Notes under the pieces: model-generated
The model's database searches: none
Told to the model about the DNA's origin: nothing
What the model saw: the letters and a program-made list of their open reading frames with translations, nothing else
Translations under genes and position numbers: made by a program
DNA from: Phocaeicola sp.
GTDB lineage: Bacteria; Bacteroidota; Bacteroidia; Bacteroidales; Bacteroidaceae
Reading direction: 5' to 3'
Length of the DNA: 64,000 nucleotides
NCBI GenBank assembly: GCA_051651025.1
Contig: JBOFRN010000045.1
Location: 2,431-66,430 of the forward strand
In this document: positions 28,498 to 36,242 of the stretch, in pieces
How the letters are laid out: each line of letters begins with the position of its first letter
Position numbering within the stretch: the first letter of the stretch is position 1

Positions 28498-29070
28498 ATG
28501 AAACATATTATTGAGACTTTGAAATTTCATCATCCTACCATATCCGATGAGGCCATTGCTGAGCTGATCCAGTGTCTAACCCCGTGTAGTTTCCCACGGA
28601 GATATCAACTCATTAAAGAGGGAACATTTTGTAAAGCCGCCTACTTTCTTGAGAAGGGCATTACTCGTTCCTATTGGTTGGTCGATGGAGAGGAAATTAC
28701 CACCTCCTTCTCTACCGAAGGGGGAATCGTATTTAGTATGGACGAGCTCTACTTTGGTAAATTAAGCCAAGAGTATGTAGAAACGATTGAGGAGGTGGAG
28801 GTATACAAGATAACCCTTGATGATTTGAATAGACTGCTTGATACCAACCTAGATTTAGCGAACTGGTTTCGAAAAATTCATCAATATGAATACAGGCGTA
28901 TTCATCAAACCCACAAAGAGCGTTTAACTCTTTCGGTTCAAGAACGCTATCAGCAGATGAGACTCCAATTTCCCGATGTCTGTGCCCGCGTGAACCTAGG
29001 GTTAATAGCCTCTTACATCGGTACCACACTTCCTACACTAAGTCGGATACGAAGCAACGGAGAGGAGTAA
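28498..29070 (+). CDS. Crp/Fnr-family cNMP-binding transcriptional regulator
   Basis: About 190 aa, with an N-terminal cyclic-nucleotide-binding beta-roll pattern (FPRRYQLIKEGTFCKAAYFLEKGITRSY) and a C-terminal HTH (LGLIASYIGTTLPTLSRIR). I prefer ATG 28498 to TTG 28492. Confidence 0.75.
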   Translation: MKHIIETLKFHHPTISDEAIAELIQCLTPCSFPRRYQLIKEGTFCKAAYFLEKGITRSYWLVDGEEITTSFSTEGGIVFSMDELYFGKLSQEYVETIEEVEVYKITLDDLNRLLDTNLDLANWFRKIHQYEYRRIHQTHKERLTLSVQERYQQMRLQFPDVCARVNLGLIASYIGTTLPTLSRIRSNGEE

Positions 29071-29073
29071 TAT

Positions 29074-29094
29074 TTGTCGTACGACAATTTTTTT
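29074..29094 (+). terminator. Short palindrome + T7 (weak terminator or operator)
   Basis: ttgtcgtacgacaa (29074-29087) is a perfect 14-bp palindrome followed by T7 (29088-29094), 4 nt after the Crp-like stop. It shares TATTTGTC / TTGTC..GACAA with the palindrome at 35721-35737. Confidence 0.4.
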
Positions 29095-29133
29095 GTAAGA
29101 GCTATTCTCTAATTTTGCAAAAAAATAATTACT

Positions 29134-30258
29134 ATGATAAAAGATTCTATTTCCGCTTTTTCTGATTCAAAACCGCACTATCCCATTTTGGATGGCTTGC
29201 GTGGAGTGGCTGCTATTTTAGTTGTGTGGTATCACGTGTTTGAGGGGTATGCCACCAGTCGTTTCGATCAAATTATCAATCACGGTTACTTAGCTGTCGA
29301 TTTCTTTTACATTCTTTCGGGATTTGTAATAGCCTATGCTTACGATAGCCGTTGGGGCAAGTTAACCATCGGCAATTTCTTGAATCGCCGTATTATTCGT
29401 CTGCACCCCATGGTGGTTCTAGGATCTTTAATTGGTGCTGCAATTTTCTATACGCAAGGTTGTGAATGGTGGGATGTATCCATAGTGCCTGTTATAAGTG
29501 TCATTCTCTCCATGTTACTGGGTATGCTTTTAATACCTACGACAGCCGCTTTTGATGTACGAGGGTTGGGAGAGGCCTACCCATTGAATGGACCCGCTTG
29601 GTCACTTCTTTTTGAATACATTGGTAATCTTTTCTATGCACTCTTTATACGTAAATTCTCAACCAAAGTTCTTACTACTTGGACCGTTACATTGGGACTA
29701 TTGCTGGGCTACTTTGCCCTCTTTGGTGAACAAGGGGATGTAGCTTATGGTTGGAAGTTCGATGAAGTTCATTTCCCGTTGGGTTTGTTGCGTATGCTTT
29801 TCCCTTTCTCTTTGGGATTACTCATGTTTAGAGTGGTACGTGCCGGTAAGGTTAAAGGTGCTTTCTGGATTGGTTCAGCTCTTTTAGCTATTACATTGGC
29901 TATGCCTCGCATCGGCGATGAAACCTCACTGTGGGCTAATGGTTTGTATGATATGGCACTTATTAGTTTGCTTTTCCCAGCAATTGTTTACATGGGAATG
30001 AGTGATAAGATGAGTAGCCCAGTTGGAATTAAGTTGTGTAAGTTCCTTGGTGATATTTCCTATCCCCTTTACATTGTTCACTACCCCTTTATTTATCTCT
30101 ACATTGCTTGGGTACAAAACAACAACTTGCCCTTCTCTGAATCGTGGGTAGGTGCTTTGGCTGTTTTATTTGGCTCAATGGCATTGGCATACTTATCTCT
30201 TCGTCTGTATGACTTACCAGTTAGAAAGTATCTGATGGCTTTGCAAAAGAAGAAATAA
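29134..30258 (+). CDS. Acyltransferase-3 family integral membrane O-acyltransferase
   Basis: 374-aa ORF with about 10 hydrophobic segments and the hallmark N-terminal LDGLRGVAAILVVWYHV motif. Confidence 0.85.
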   Translation: MIKDSISAFSDSKPHYPILDGLRGVAAILVVWYHVFEGYATSRFDQIINHGYLAVDFFYILSGFVIAYAYDSRWGKLTIGNFLNRRIIRLHPMVVLGSLIGAAIFYTQGCEWWDVSIVPVISVILSMLLGMLLIPTTAAFDVRGLGEAYPLNGPAWSLLFEYIGNLFYALFIRKFSTKVLTTWTVTLGLLLGYFALFGEQGDVAYGWKFDEVHFPLGLLRMLFPFSLGLLMFRVVRAGKVKGAFWIGSALLAITLAMPRIGDETSLWANGLYDMALISLLFPAIVYMGMSDKMSSPVGIKLCKFLGDISYPLYIVHYPFIYLYIAWVQNNNLPFSESWVGALAVLFGSMALAYLSLRLYDLPVRKYLMALQKKK

Positions 30259-30355
30259 GGAGCTATTTTAGAGGTGATTATCGATGTGTAGATTGGCTAC
30301 AACGGGCCTCTCACTCTTCTCTTAATTGCTTACTAAACCTACTTCATACATAATA

Positions 30356-30394
30356 GCCCTATCCTAACTCCTAGATGATGGAGTAGGATAGGGC
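30356..30394. terminator. Hairpin between convergent genes
   Basis: A 15-bp stem with one bulge (gccctatcctaactcc / ggagtaggatagggc) lies between the acyltransferase (+) and the DUF4091 remnant (-). The flanking T-tracts are weak. Confidence 0.5.
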
Positions 30395-30489
30395 TATTTA
30401 GCAACTGTATGAACAACAAGTTCCCCCTTTTTCTTCGATAAATAGTAGTATGATGCTACTACCAAGATTTTGTGGAACTTTTACTTTCT

Positions 30490-31111
30490 TTAGCGGATCG
30501 AATTGAGTAGATGATTCATTTGATTGACTAACTTCTCGGCACGCCCTTCGGGGAAGTCGCCTAGCTGAAACTGCGCAAGTCCCTCTTCAATCTTCTTTAA
30601 ATCTGCGTGGCGGTTCTGCTCTTTGAGTTCGCGACGAAGAATTTGAATCTTCTCATAAGCCTGTATTCCTTCAAGGAACTTTTCGAATCGATTCGAACTT
30701 CTTCCACCTGGATAAACCATGTAGGTATCTCCACCGGTCCAAGTACGGAAACGAGAGTCTAGTAAGGGCTCTTTCACCCAACTGTTAAATGTCCAACGCA
30801 GGTATCCATCTACCTTATCTTTGGCACAGAAGAAACTTATCCAAGGCGCTTCTGCTAGGTTAGAAATGGTAAACGTATTGGGTCTATCCTCCGTACAGCA
30901 GGTGTAGTAGGTGGTACGCTTTCCCTCTTTTTGTCTACGCTCTAAAACGCCCTCAGGATAGCTCTGTGCGATGGCGATGCAGTAGTCGTAAATCTCCGAA
31001 TCGAGTTCGGTGTGGTAATGGCCTGCCAAACTGCGTGACTCCCTCTTGTGCTGATAGCTGTGACGAGGCACAACAGAAGAGTAGGGAGTAGAATAAAGTA
31101 GTTTTCTTCAT
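30490..31111 (-). pseudogene. Decayed DUF4091 / GH123-like glycosidase gene: signal peptide joined out of frame to a C-terminal fragment
   Basis: The ATG at 31111 opens MKKTTLFYSLLFCCASSQLSAQEGV..., which stops after 53 codons. The +1 frame carries 193 codons (no ATG, open only from GVG-type GTG at 31071) ending in ...GGDTYMVYPGGRSSNRFEKFLEGIQAYEKIQIL. That sequence resembles only the C-terminal end of roughly 550-aa DUF4091/GH123-type proteins. Confidence 0.55.
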
Positions 31112-31156
31112 GTAGATATTTACTTAAGATTAGTAGGTGTTGAATAGAGATATTCT

Positions 31157-32794
31157 TTATTTGTTAAGCAACTCCTCTAGTTTAACTTGTTGGAAAGCCA
31201 TGTGTGCTTGGCTACTTTCGTAAAAAATACCAATGGTATTTTCATTTACCGATGTAATGCAAGAATAACCAAAACTACCGTACTGATCGAGTAAGATTTT
31301 CTTTTCATCTGGCCAGGTCATTCCATCATCGTAGCTCACTTTAAGTGTCATGTGATCGCGGCTATTGTAAGATTCTGGATTGCAGAAAAGAAGAATCGAT
31401 CTCTTCTCGCCTTTTACGGTGTAGATGTGTTTGTGAATACTTGCCATACAAGTTGACTCAATTAATGCACTGCTCGAAGTGGGGTGCTCCGTCCAACTCT
31501 CTCCAAGGTCGGAAGTAACACAGATTCTGCGCCCATTGTTCTCTTTTTTACCGCGATTGCGATTGTCACGCATGTTTAGCATAATACTTCCATCCGATAG
31601 TTCAACAGCCATACATTCGGTGGTATCGTGGTAGGCAGGATTGCTGGCTACCCACGTTTTTCCTCCATCTTTGCTCCAAGTAATGTTCGAAAAGGGAAGG
31701 CCATTCTTGTCACGCCCTTGAGTGGGGAAAACTAAAGTACCATCCTTCAGTGTGATACCCTGTCCAGGGCCAGGAGCATATAGCCACCACTCTGGGCGTT
31801 TGGTTTGTTCAGTAATGTTTATAGGCTCGCTCCAAGTAGCTCCATCGTCTGTACTTTTTGAGATAATAAACTGTGAGGTCTCTTTCACACCTAAACCAGG
31901 CTGAGAACCTTTGGCATGCCATTGGTGAATCCAACGTGTACTATCTTGAGTCATTCCTTCTACCCATTGTCCTGTTTTACCATCGAGTACTCCGTGCATC
32001 CATAGCCCTGCTACATACATATCACCTGAGTTTTGGTCTACCAATATACAAGCATCACTTACGCCATTAAATTTTTCGGGAAGGCCACCCCACTCTTTCA
32101 TGTCAAGTACCACTTGCATAGGTTGCCAGGTTTTGCCCCCATCAAAGCTGCGATTAAGTGCAATATCCATGTGCCCTTGTAGGTCGCGTGAACTTTCATA
32201 GCGTGCATCGTATACGGCAAGTAAGGTGCCTTTTTTCGATGTGGCAATACCCGGTATGCGCGAAGTATTTACACCATCTTCTCCCATTTTACGAACGGCT
32301 ACACCCGGACGCATTGCAATGGGGGTACCCTTTGTTACGATCGTAGCTTTTCCTTGCGAGGTCTTTACTCCTGTACAGGTTATGTACAGTCTGTTTGAAA
32401 GCTTTACTTGCTCTTTCAGTTTGAGTGATACCCAAAGAGTGGTTGTATCGGACTTTAGAACTAATGGATTTTTAAACGCTACACTTTTTGCTGAGAAATG
32501 TGGTTCAGTTAGTTGATCTTTGGTAGATAGATACCCATTTTTTGTTGCTCCATACAGTGTGATACTCTCTATATCGGCTAATTCTGTTGTACCTTTTAGG
32601 GAGTACTTAATCTCCTCTACCGTACAATCTTCTTTCTCTGTTTTAATTAACTCTAGTTTTAATACAGGATTAATCTCTTTCTGTGTAAGAACCGGCAGTA
32701 CAGGTTGATTTACAATAACTTGTACCTGTGCTGGTAGTAGTGTACACCCCATAAGTAGTGTACCTAAAAGGAATTGAATTCGGTGTTTCATCAT
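31157..32794 (-). CDS. nanH: GH33 exo-alpha-sialidase with N-terminal carbohydrate-binding-like domain
   Basis: 545-aa ORF with a signal peptide and the RIP motif (NTSRIPGIATS). It has five Asp-boxes (SFDGGKTW, STDDGATW, SKDGGKTW, SDLGESW, SYDDGMTW) and a C-terminal GYSC tyrosine motif. Confidence 0.9.
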   Translation of the reverse strand: MMKHRIQFLLGTLLMGCTLLPAQVQVIVNQPVLPVLTQKEINPVLKLELIKTEKEDCTVEEIKYSLKGTTELADIESITLYGATKNGYLSTKDQLTEPHFSAKSVAFKNPLVLKSDTTTLWVSLKLKEQVKLSNRLYITCTGVKTSQGKATIVTKGTPIAMRPGVAVRKMGEDGVNTSRIPGIATSKKGTLLAVYDARYESSRDLQGHMDIALNRSFDGGKTWQPMQVVLDMKEWGGLPEKFNGVSDACILVDQNSGDMYVAGLWMHGVLDGKTGQWVEGMTQDSTRWIHQWHAKGSQPGLGVKETSQFIISKSTDDGATWSEPINITEQTKRPEWWLYAPGPGQGITLKDGTLVFPTQGRDKNGLPFSNITWSKDGGKTWVASNPAYHDTTECMAVELSDGSIMLNMRDNRNRGKKENNGRRICVTSDLGESWTEHPTSSSALIESTCMASIHKHIYTVKGEKRSILLFCNPESYNSRDHMTLKVSYDDGMTWPDEKKILLDQYGSFGYSCITSVNENTIGIFYESSQAHMAFQQVKLEELLNK

Positions 32795-32817
32795 CTTATT
32801 CTCTTATTTAATTGAAT

Positions 32818-33918
32818 CTATCTTAACATAGCATCTGTTTCGTCCAATTTAAAACGAACAGCTACAATGGAGTGTCTCTCTTTGCCTGGGCGTATTTTAA
32901 TATAGGTGATGGCTAGAATCGTTCCATCTGGAAGAATCTCTAAACCAGGGTATCCACAGTCCGATCCTTCATAACTGTGAAGAAGTTTAATACGGTATTG
33001 TCCCGAGGTCTCTTCGCGTAAATCTTTATAGTTGCCTACCCACGCTACAAAGTGTCCTTTGGTAGGGCTATTGGCTGCCATATCTCTGAAGAGTGCTATC
33101 ATTCGTCCGTCGGGAGTAAACTTGATAATGTGTCTATCGCCCGAAAGTCCCCAAGGAGTCTCCTTAAGTGGAGTCCAGTTTTTTCCCTCATCGTCCGAGA
33201 ACATCATAAGTGAGTTTCCTACCCGGTTGTTTTCGCGTGCAATACAAACGAGGCGATTTCCATCGGGAGTACGAAAGACAAAAGGTTCGCAAGGAGCGCG
33301 TCCAGCCATTTCTCCTACCAATACCGATTCGTCCCACGTAAGTCCGCCATCGGTCGAAATTGATTTCCACAGAGTTAGTTTTTTTCCATCTATTCCATCT
33401 TGTCCACGGTGATAGAGGCCCATATAGTCTCCATTCTTTAGCTTAACGATACTAGCAAATGCCATAATGCAAGGCTTATTTAGGCTGCGAACAGCACTCC
33501 ACGTTTTCCCTCCATCTTCACTGTAACTTTGTCCCATCTCTGGGTTTGCACAAAATACAAAGATGCGCTCTTTACCCTGCTTATCCGTTAGTCTATACAT
33601 ACTGGGGCAATTGCTCATTTTTTGCCAGTCTGCTGGGGTATTGCGGCTCTCCCAGGTTCTTCCTACATCTTTACTTTCGGCTAAGAACGAGGCTTTTCCA
33701 CCATGATCAGACGACCAGGTACATAGAATCGTTTTGTTATCATCGAACATAATAGTCGTAGGATGGCCATTGTATAAATCGGGTCGCCCTTCTGCTAGAA
33801 TGGTTTGTCTATCTTTCTGATTGGATAAATCAACCCAAGGCATATTGGGTCTCTCTTGTTGTGCTAGGACTGGTGTTGCTCCAAGGAGCATAAGAATTAG
33901 ATTGATAAGGTGCTTCAT
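32818..33918 (-). CDS. BNR/Asp-box six-bladed-propeller protein, sialidase-like but lacking the RIP motif
   Basis: 366-aa ORF with a signal peptide and four Asp-boxes (SKDVGRTW, SEDGGKTW, STDGGLTW, SDDEGKNW). There is no R-I-P; the equivalent region reads LYNGHPTT. A GYP tyrosine lies near the C-terminus. Confidence 0.75.
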   Translation of the reverse strand: MKHLINLILMLLGATPVLAQQERPNMPWVDLSNQKDRQTILAEGRPDLYNGHPTTIMFDDNKTILCTWSSDHGGKASFLAESKDVGRTWESRNTPADWQKMSNCPSMYRLTDKQGKERIFVFCANPEMGQSYSEDGGKTWSAVRSLNKPCIMAFASIVKLKNGDYMGLYHRGQDGIDGKKLTLWKSISTDGGLTWDESVLVGEMAGRAPCEPFVFRTPDGNRLVCIARENNRVGNSLMMFSDDEGKNWTPLKETPWGLSGDRHIIKFTPDGRMIALFRDMAANSPTKGHFVAWVGNYKDLREETSGQYRIKLLHSYEGSDCGYPGLEILPDGTILAITYIKIRPGKERHSIVAVRFKLDETDAMLR

Positions 33919-33974
33919 GTTACTTGTTTTTAAAGGCAGTTACTAGTTACTCTATTTAGGCTAAACTGTGGGTC

Positions 33975-34007
33975 GTTGGAGAAGATAAGTTTACTATCTT
34001 CTCCAAC
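33975..34007. other. 13-bp perfect hairpin between nanA and the BNR gene
   Basis: gttggagaagata (33975-33987) pairs with tatcttctccaac (33995-34007). A T4 tract follows on the + strand only, whereas the flanking genes are on the - strand. It could be an intra-operon attenuator or RNA-processing site. Confidence 0.35.
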
Positions 34008-34016
34008 TTTTGTTGG

Positions 34017-34925
34017 TTAGTTGAAGAAGCCAATAGCCTCTAAATCTTCTTTGAGTGTTTGCATTTCCTTGGCTGTAAAGGGAGTTATGGGTAGCCTACA
34101 GTCGCCACATTCAATGCCGATTAGATTCATAATGGCTTTTCCACCACGTACACCTCCACCGTATTTGATAATAACTTTTACTACCTCTATCGATTGCTGC
34201 TGTAGTTTACGAGCCTCTTCTATATTTCCCTTCTTCATTGCATCGAATATACCAAGATATACATGTGGTAGGTAGTTGTAGGTACTTCCTACACCGGCCA
34301 CTGCTCCAAATGCCAATCCTGCAATTAAAATCTCATCATAGCCATGTAGCACCTCAAATTCACCATTGTTAAGTGCTAAACATTCGCCCATTTCCATCAA
34401 GTTGTTGTGGGTGAATTTTGTACCAACGAGGTTAGGCATTTTCTTTTTCCCTTCTAGCAAGAACTGAGCTACGGGTAAAGAAACCCCTGTCATAGCAGGC
34501 ATGTTGTAGTAGTAAAAAGGCAACTCCGATGCAGCTTTTGCAATTGGAATGAAGAAATCTACTAAATCACTAACAGTTGCTGGTTTAAAAAAGCTTGGAG
34601 CCATTGCTCCAATTGCATCGGCACCCACTTGTTGTGCATGGACGGCTAGATCCATAGCTTCGTGCATCGAGTTCGATCCAACGTGAGCAATGATTTTAAA
34701 TGCACCTTTAGCCACTTTTACCCACTCTTCCAGAATACGTTTACGTTCGGCTGTTGTAAGCGAGTGTGACTCACCAGTTGTACCACATACAAATACCCCT
34801 GATACTTTTGATTTTGTCATTAAGTGGGCATAGCTTTCAATTGCTGATAGGTTTAGGTTACCTTCACTGTCCATAGGAGTAAAGGTTGCTGCTACAAGTC
34901 CTTGTAGTCTTTGATAATTCTCCAT
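34017..34925 (-). CDS. nanA: N-acetylneuraminate lyase (DHDPS/NAL family)
   Basis: 302-aa ORF with GTTGESHSLT, YYYNMP and the Schiff-base lysine context VGTKFT. It lies between a GntR regulator and sialidase genes. Confidence 0.85.
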   Translation of the reverse strand: MENYQRLQGLVAATFTPMDSEGNLNLSAIESYAHLMTKSKVSGVFVCGTTGESHSLTTAERKRILEEWVKVAKGAFKIIAHVGSNSMHEAMDLAVHAQQVGADAIGAMAPSFFKPATVSDLVDFFIPIAKAASELPFYYYNMPAMTGVSLPVAQFLLEGKKKMPNLVGTKFTHNNLMEMGECLALNNGEFEVLHGYDEILIAGLAFGAVAGVGSTYNYLPHVYLGIFDAMKKGNIEEARKLQQQSIEVVKVIIKYGGGVRGGKAIMNLIGIECGDCRLPITPFTAKEMQTLKEDLEAIGFFN

Positions 34926-34959
34926 GTTCTATTTTAAATAATTATTTGGGTTACTTGTT

Positions 34960-35685
34960 TTACTGCATCTCTTTCCTTCGGTTTGCTATAAATGTTTTAT
35001 ACAGTGCAAAGTGCCCTTCGAGAGCTTCTCTATAGCCCTCTTTGTTGTTACATTTAATCTGCTCCAATAGATCACTGTGTGTAACAAGCCTCCCATTTTT
35101 CTTAATCTCAACATTAATAGGCTCCAGAAAAGTTTTGAACTTCTCTTTCACAAAAAGCATAACCGGTTGTACTATTTCTTGAAACTCCTCAATTGTTTTA
35201 TTTGCAGTGATGGAATAGAGCTTAGCATGAAAGGCATACTCACTGATTGGAGTGTATTCATTATTTTCAAAGACTACCTCCATGTGTACAATTTGCTCTA
35301 GTTCTATGATATCGGCTTGTGTAATGTGGGCAAAAAGATCACTACACATCCCAATTTCTAATGCAATGCGAAACCCAAGAATATCGAAGAGTGAGTTTTC
35401 ACTTAAAATACGAGGATCAATGGCTCGCTTCATTCCACCTAAAACAGAGGGCTCGGTAAGAATCATACCTTTGCGCGTACGTGTTTGAATCATTCCAATC
35501 ATTTTCAGGCGACTTAAAGCTTCACGCAAAACACTGCGAGCAACCTTCAAATCCGAGGCTAATACCAATTCGTTAGGAATGGCATCACCTATGCAGAGAT
35601 TTCGCTCTCGAAAGTAGCTGAGTAATTTATCTTCTACTTGATCAACCAAAGTAATCACTTGATTTTGACGCTGCAAATGGTACAT
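34960..35685 (-). CDS. GntR-family (FadR/FCD subfamily) transcriptional regulator, NanR-like by context
   Basis: 241-aa ORF with an N-terminal wHTH (GDAIPNELVLASDLKVARSVLREALSRLKMIGMIQTRTRKG) and an all-helical FCD-like C-terminus. It is the first gene of the nanA-BNR-sialidase string. Confidence 0.8.
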   Translation of the reverse strand: MYHLQRQNQVITLVDQVEDKLLSYFRERNLCIGDAIPNELVLASDLKVARSVLREALSRLKMIGMIQTRTRKGMILTEPSVLGGMKRAIDPRILSENSLFDILGFRIALEIGMCSDLFAHITQADIIELEQIVHMEVVFENNEYTPISEYAFHAKLYSITANKTIEEFQEIVQPVMLFVKEKFKTFLEPINVEIKKNGRLVTHSDLLEQIKCNNKEGYREALEGHFALYKTFIANRRKEMQ

Positions 35686-35711
35686 TGTATTCTTAAATTA
35701 GGTTGTTTTCT

Positions 35712-35737
35712 TATTTGTCCTATTTGTCTGACAAATA
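35712..35737. promoter_or_regulatory. Candidate operator: 17-bp perfect palindrome plus an extra direct half-site
   Basis: tatttgtctgacaaata (35721-35737) is perfectly symmetric about t35729. It is preceded by another tatttgtc at 35712-19. The centre lies 44 nt upstream of the GntR ATG. The T.GT...AC.A shape fits GntR/FadR-type operators. Confidence 0.45.
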
Positions 35738-35958
35738 AACAGTATTTAATGAAAAACTCCAAGTTCTCCGAGTGAAAAGCATTGATTGTTTTCTTTTATT
35801 AACAGCTACATATTTTTCGTTTTCTCTATTCTTCTTTTTCTTCTCCTTAATAGTCCTTTGAGTATTATTTTGAGTTTTTTAAAATCTGAATTATCGTTCT
35901 ATTGTTTTAGTAATGAGTTGATTGCTGCTTTTTTTATTCTCTAATTCTAAAGCTGTTC

Positions 35959-36046
35959 TGCACAACCGCTTGTACATCCTTGCATAAGCGCTTATGCAGA
36001 GCTGCGCAACCGCTTGTGCAGGGTTGCACGACCGCTTGTGCAGAGA
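35959..36046. repeat. Four head-to-tail 22-bp repeats, each containing an 18-bp palindrome TGCAcAAcCGCTTgTGCA
   Basis: Units start at 35959, 35981, 36003 and 36025 (exact 22-bp phase). They read tgcacaaccgcttgtacatcct / tgcataagcgcttatgcagagc / tgcgcaaccgcttgtgcagggt / tgcacgaccgcttgtgcagaga. GC content is about 55% inside an AT-rich 557-bp divergent intergenic region. Confidence 0.85.
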
Positions 36047-36181
36047 GCCTCCAAAAATCCCTCTCATAGCCTCCACTTAATAGGCAATTATTGGTTTCAA
36101 AATCGCTATTCTAAGGTTGCTCATAAGTAATAAAGTATTATCTTAGAGAATTATTATAAAGAGCAGCTCCCTCAAGAACAC

Positions 36182-36189
36182 TATTTTTG
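36182..36189 (+). promoter_or_regulatory. Candidate -7 box (TAnnTTTG) for the sulfatase gene
   Basis: tatttttg lies 54 nt upstream of the ATG at 36243. It overlaps the GTG used by the ORF track, which argues for the downstream ATG. Confidence 0.35.
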
Positions 36190-36242
36190 TGGTGCCTCTA
36201 TTTAAAAGAAAACCGATTGGTATTAAATCTGATTCATTACTT

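Noticed and set aside
35959-36046. Possible mini-CRISPR array
   Set aside because: The units are contiguous 22-mers with no unique spacers between them. There are only four copies, no cas genes and no leader. It is a tandem palindromic repeat, not a CRISPR.
35891-36076. 61-aa minus-strand ORF covering the 22-bp repeat array
   Set aside because: Its reading frame is simply the translation of the four palindromic repeats (repetitive ...LCRTA.../...AQLC...). There is no plausible start context or protein-like composition, so I treated the DNA as a repeat or regulatory element rather than a gene.
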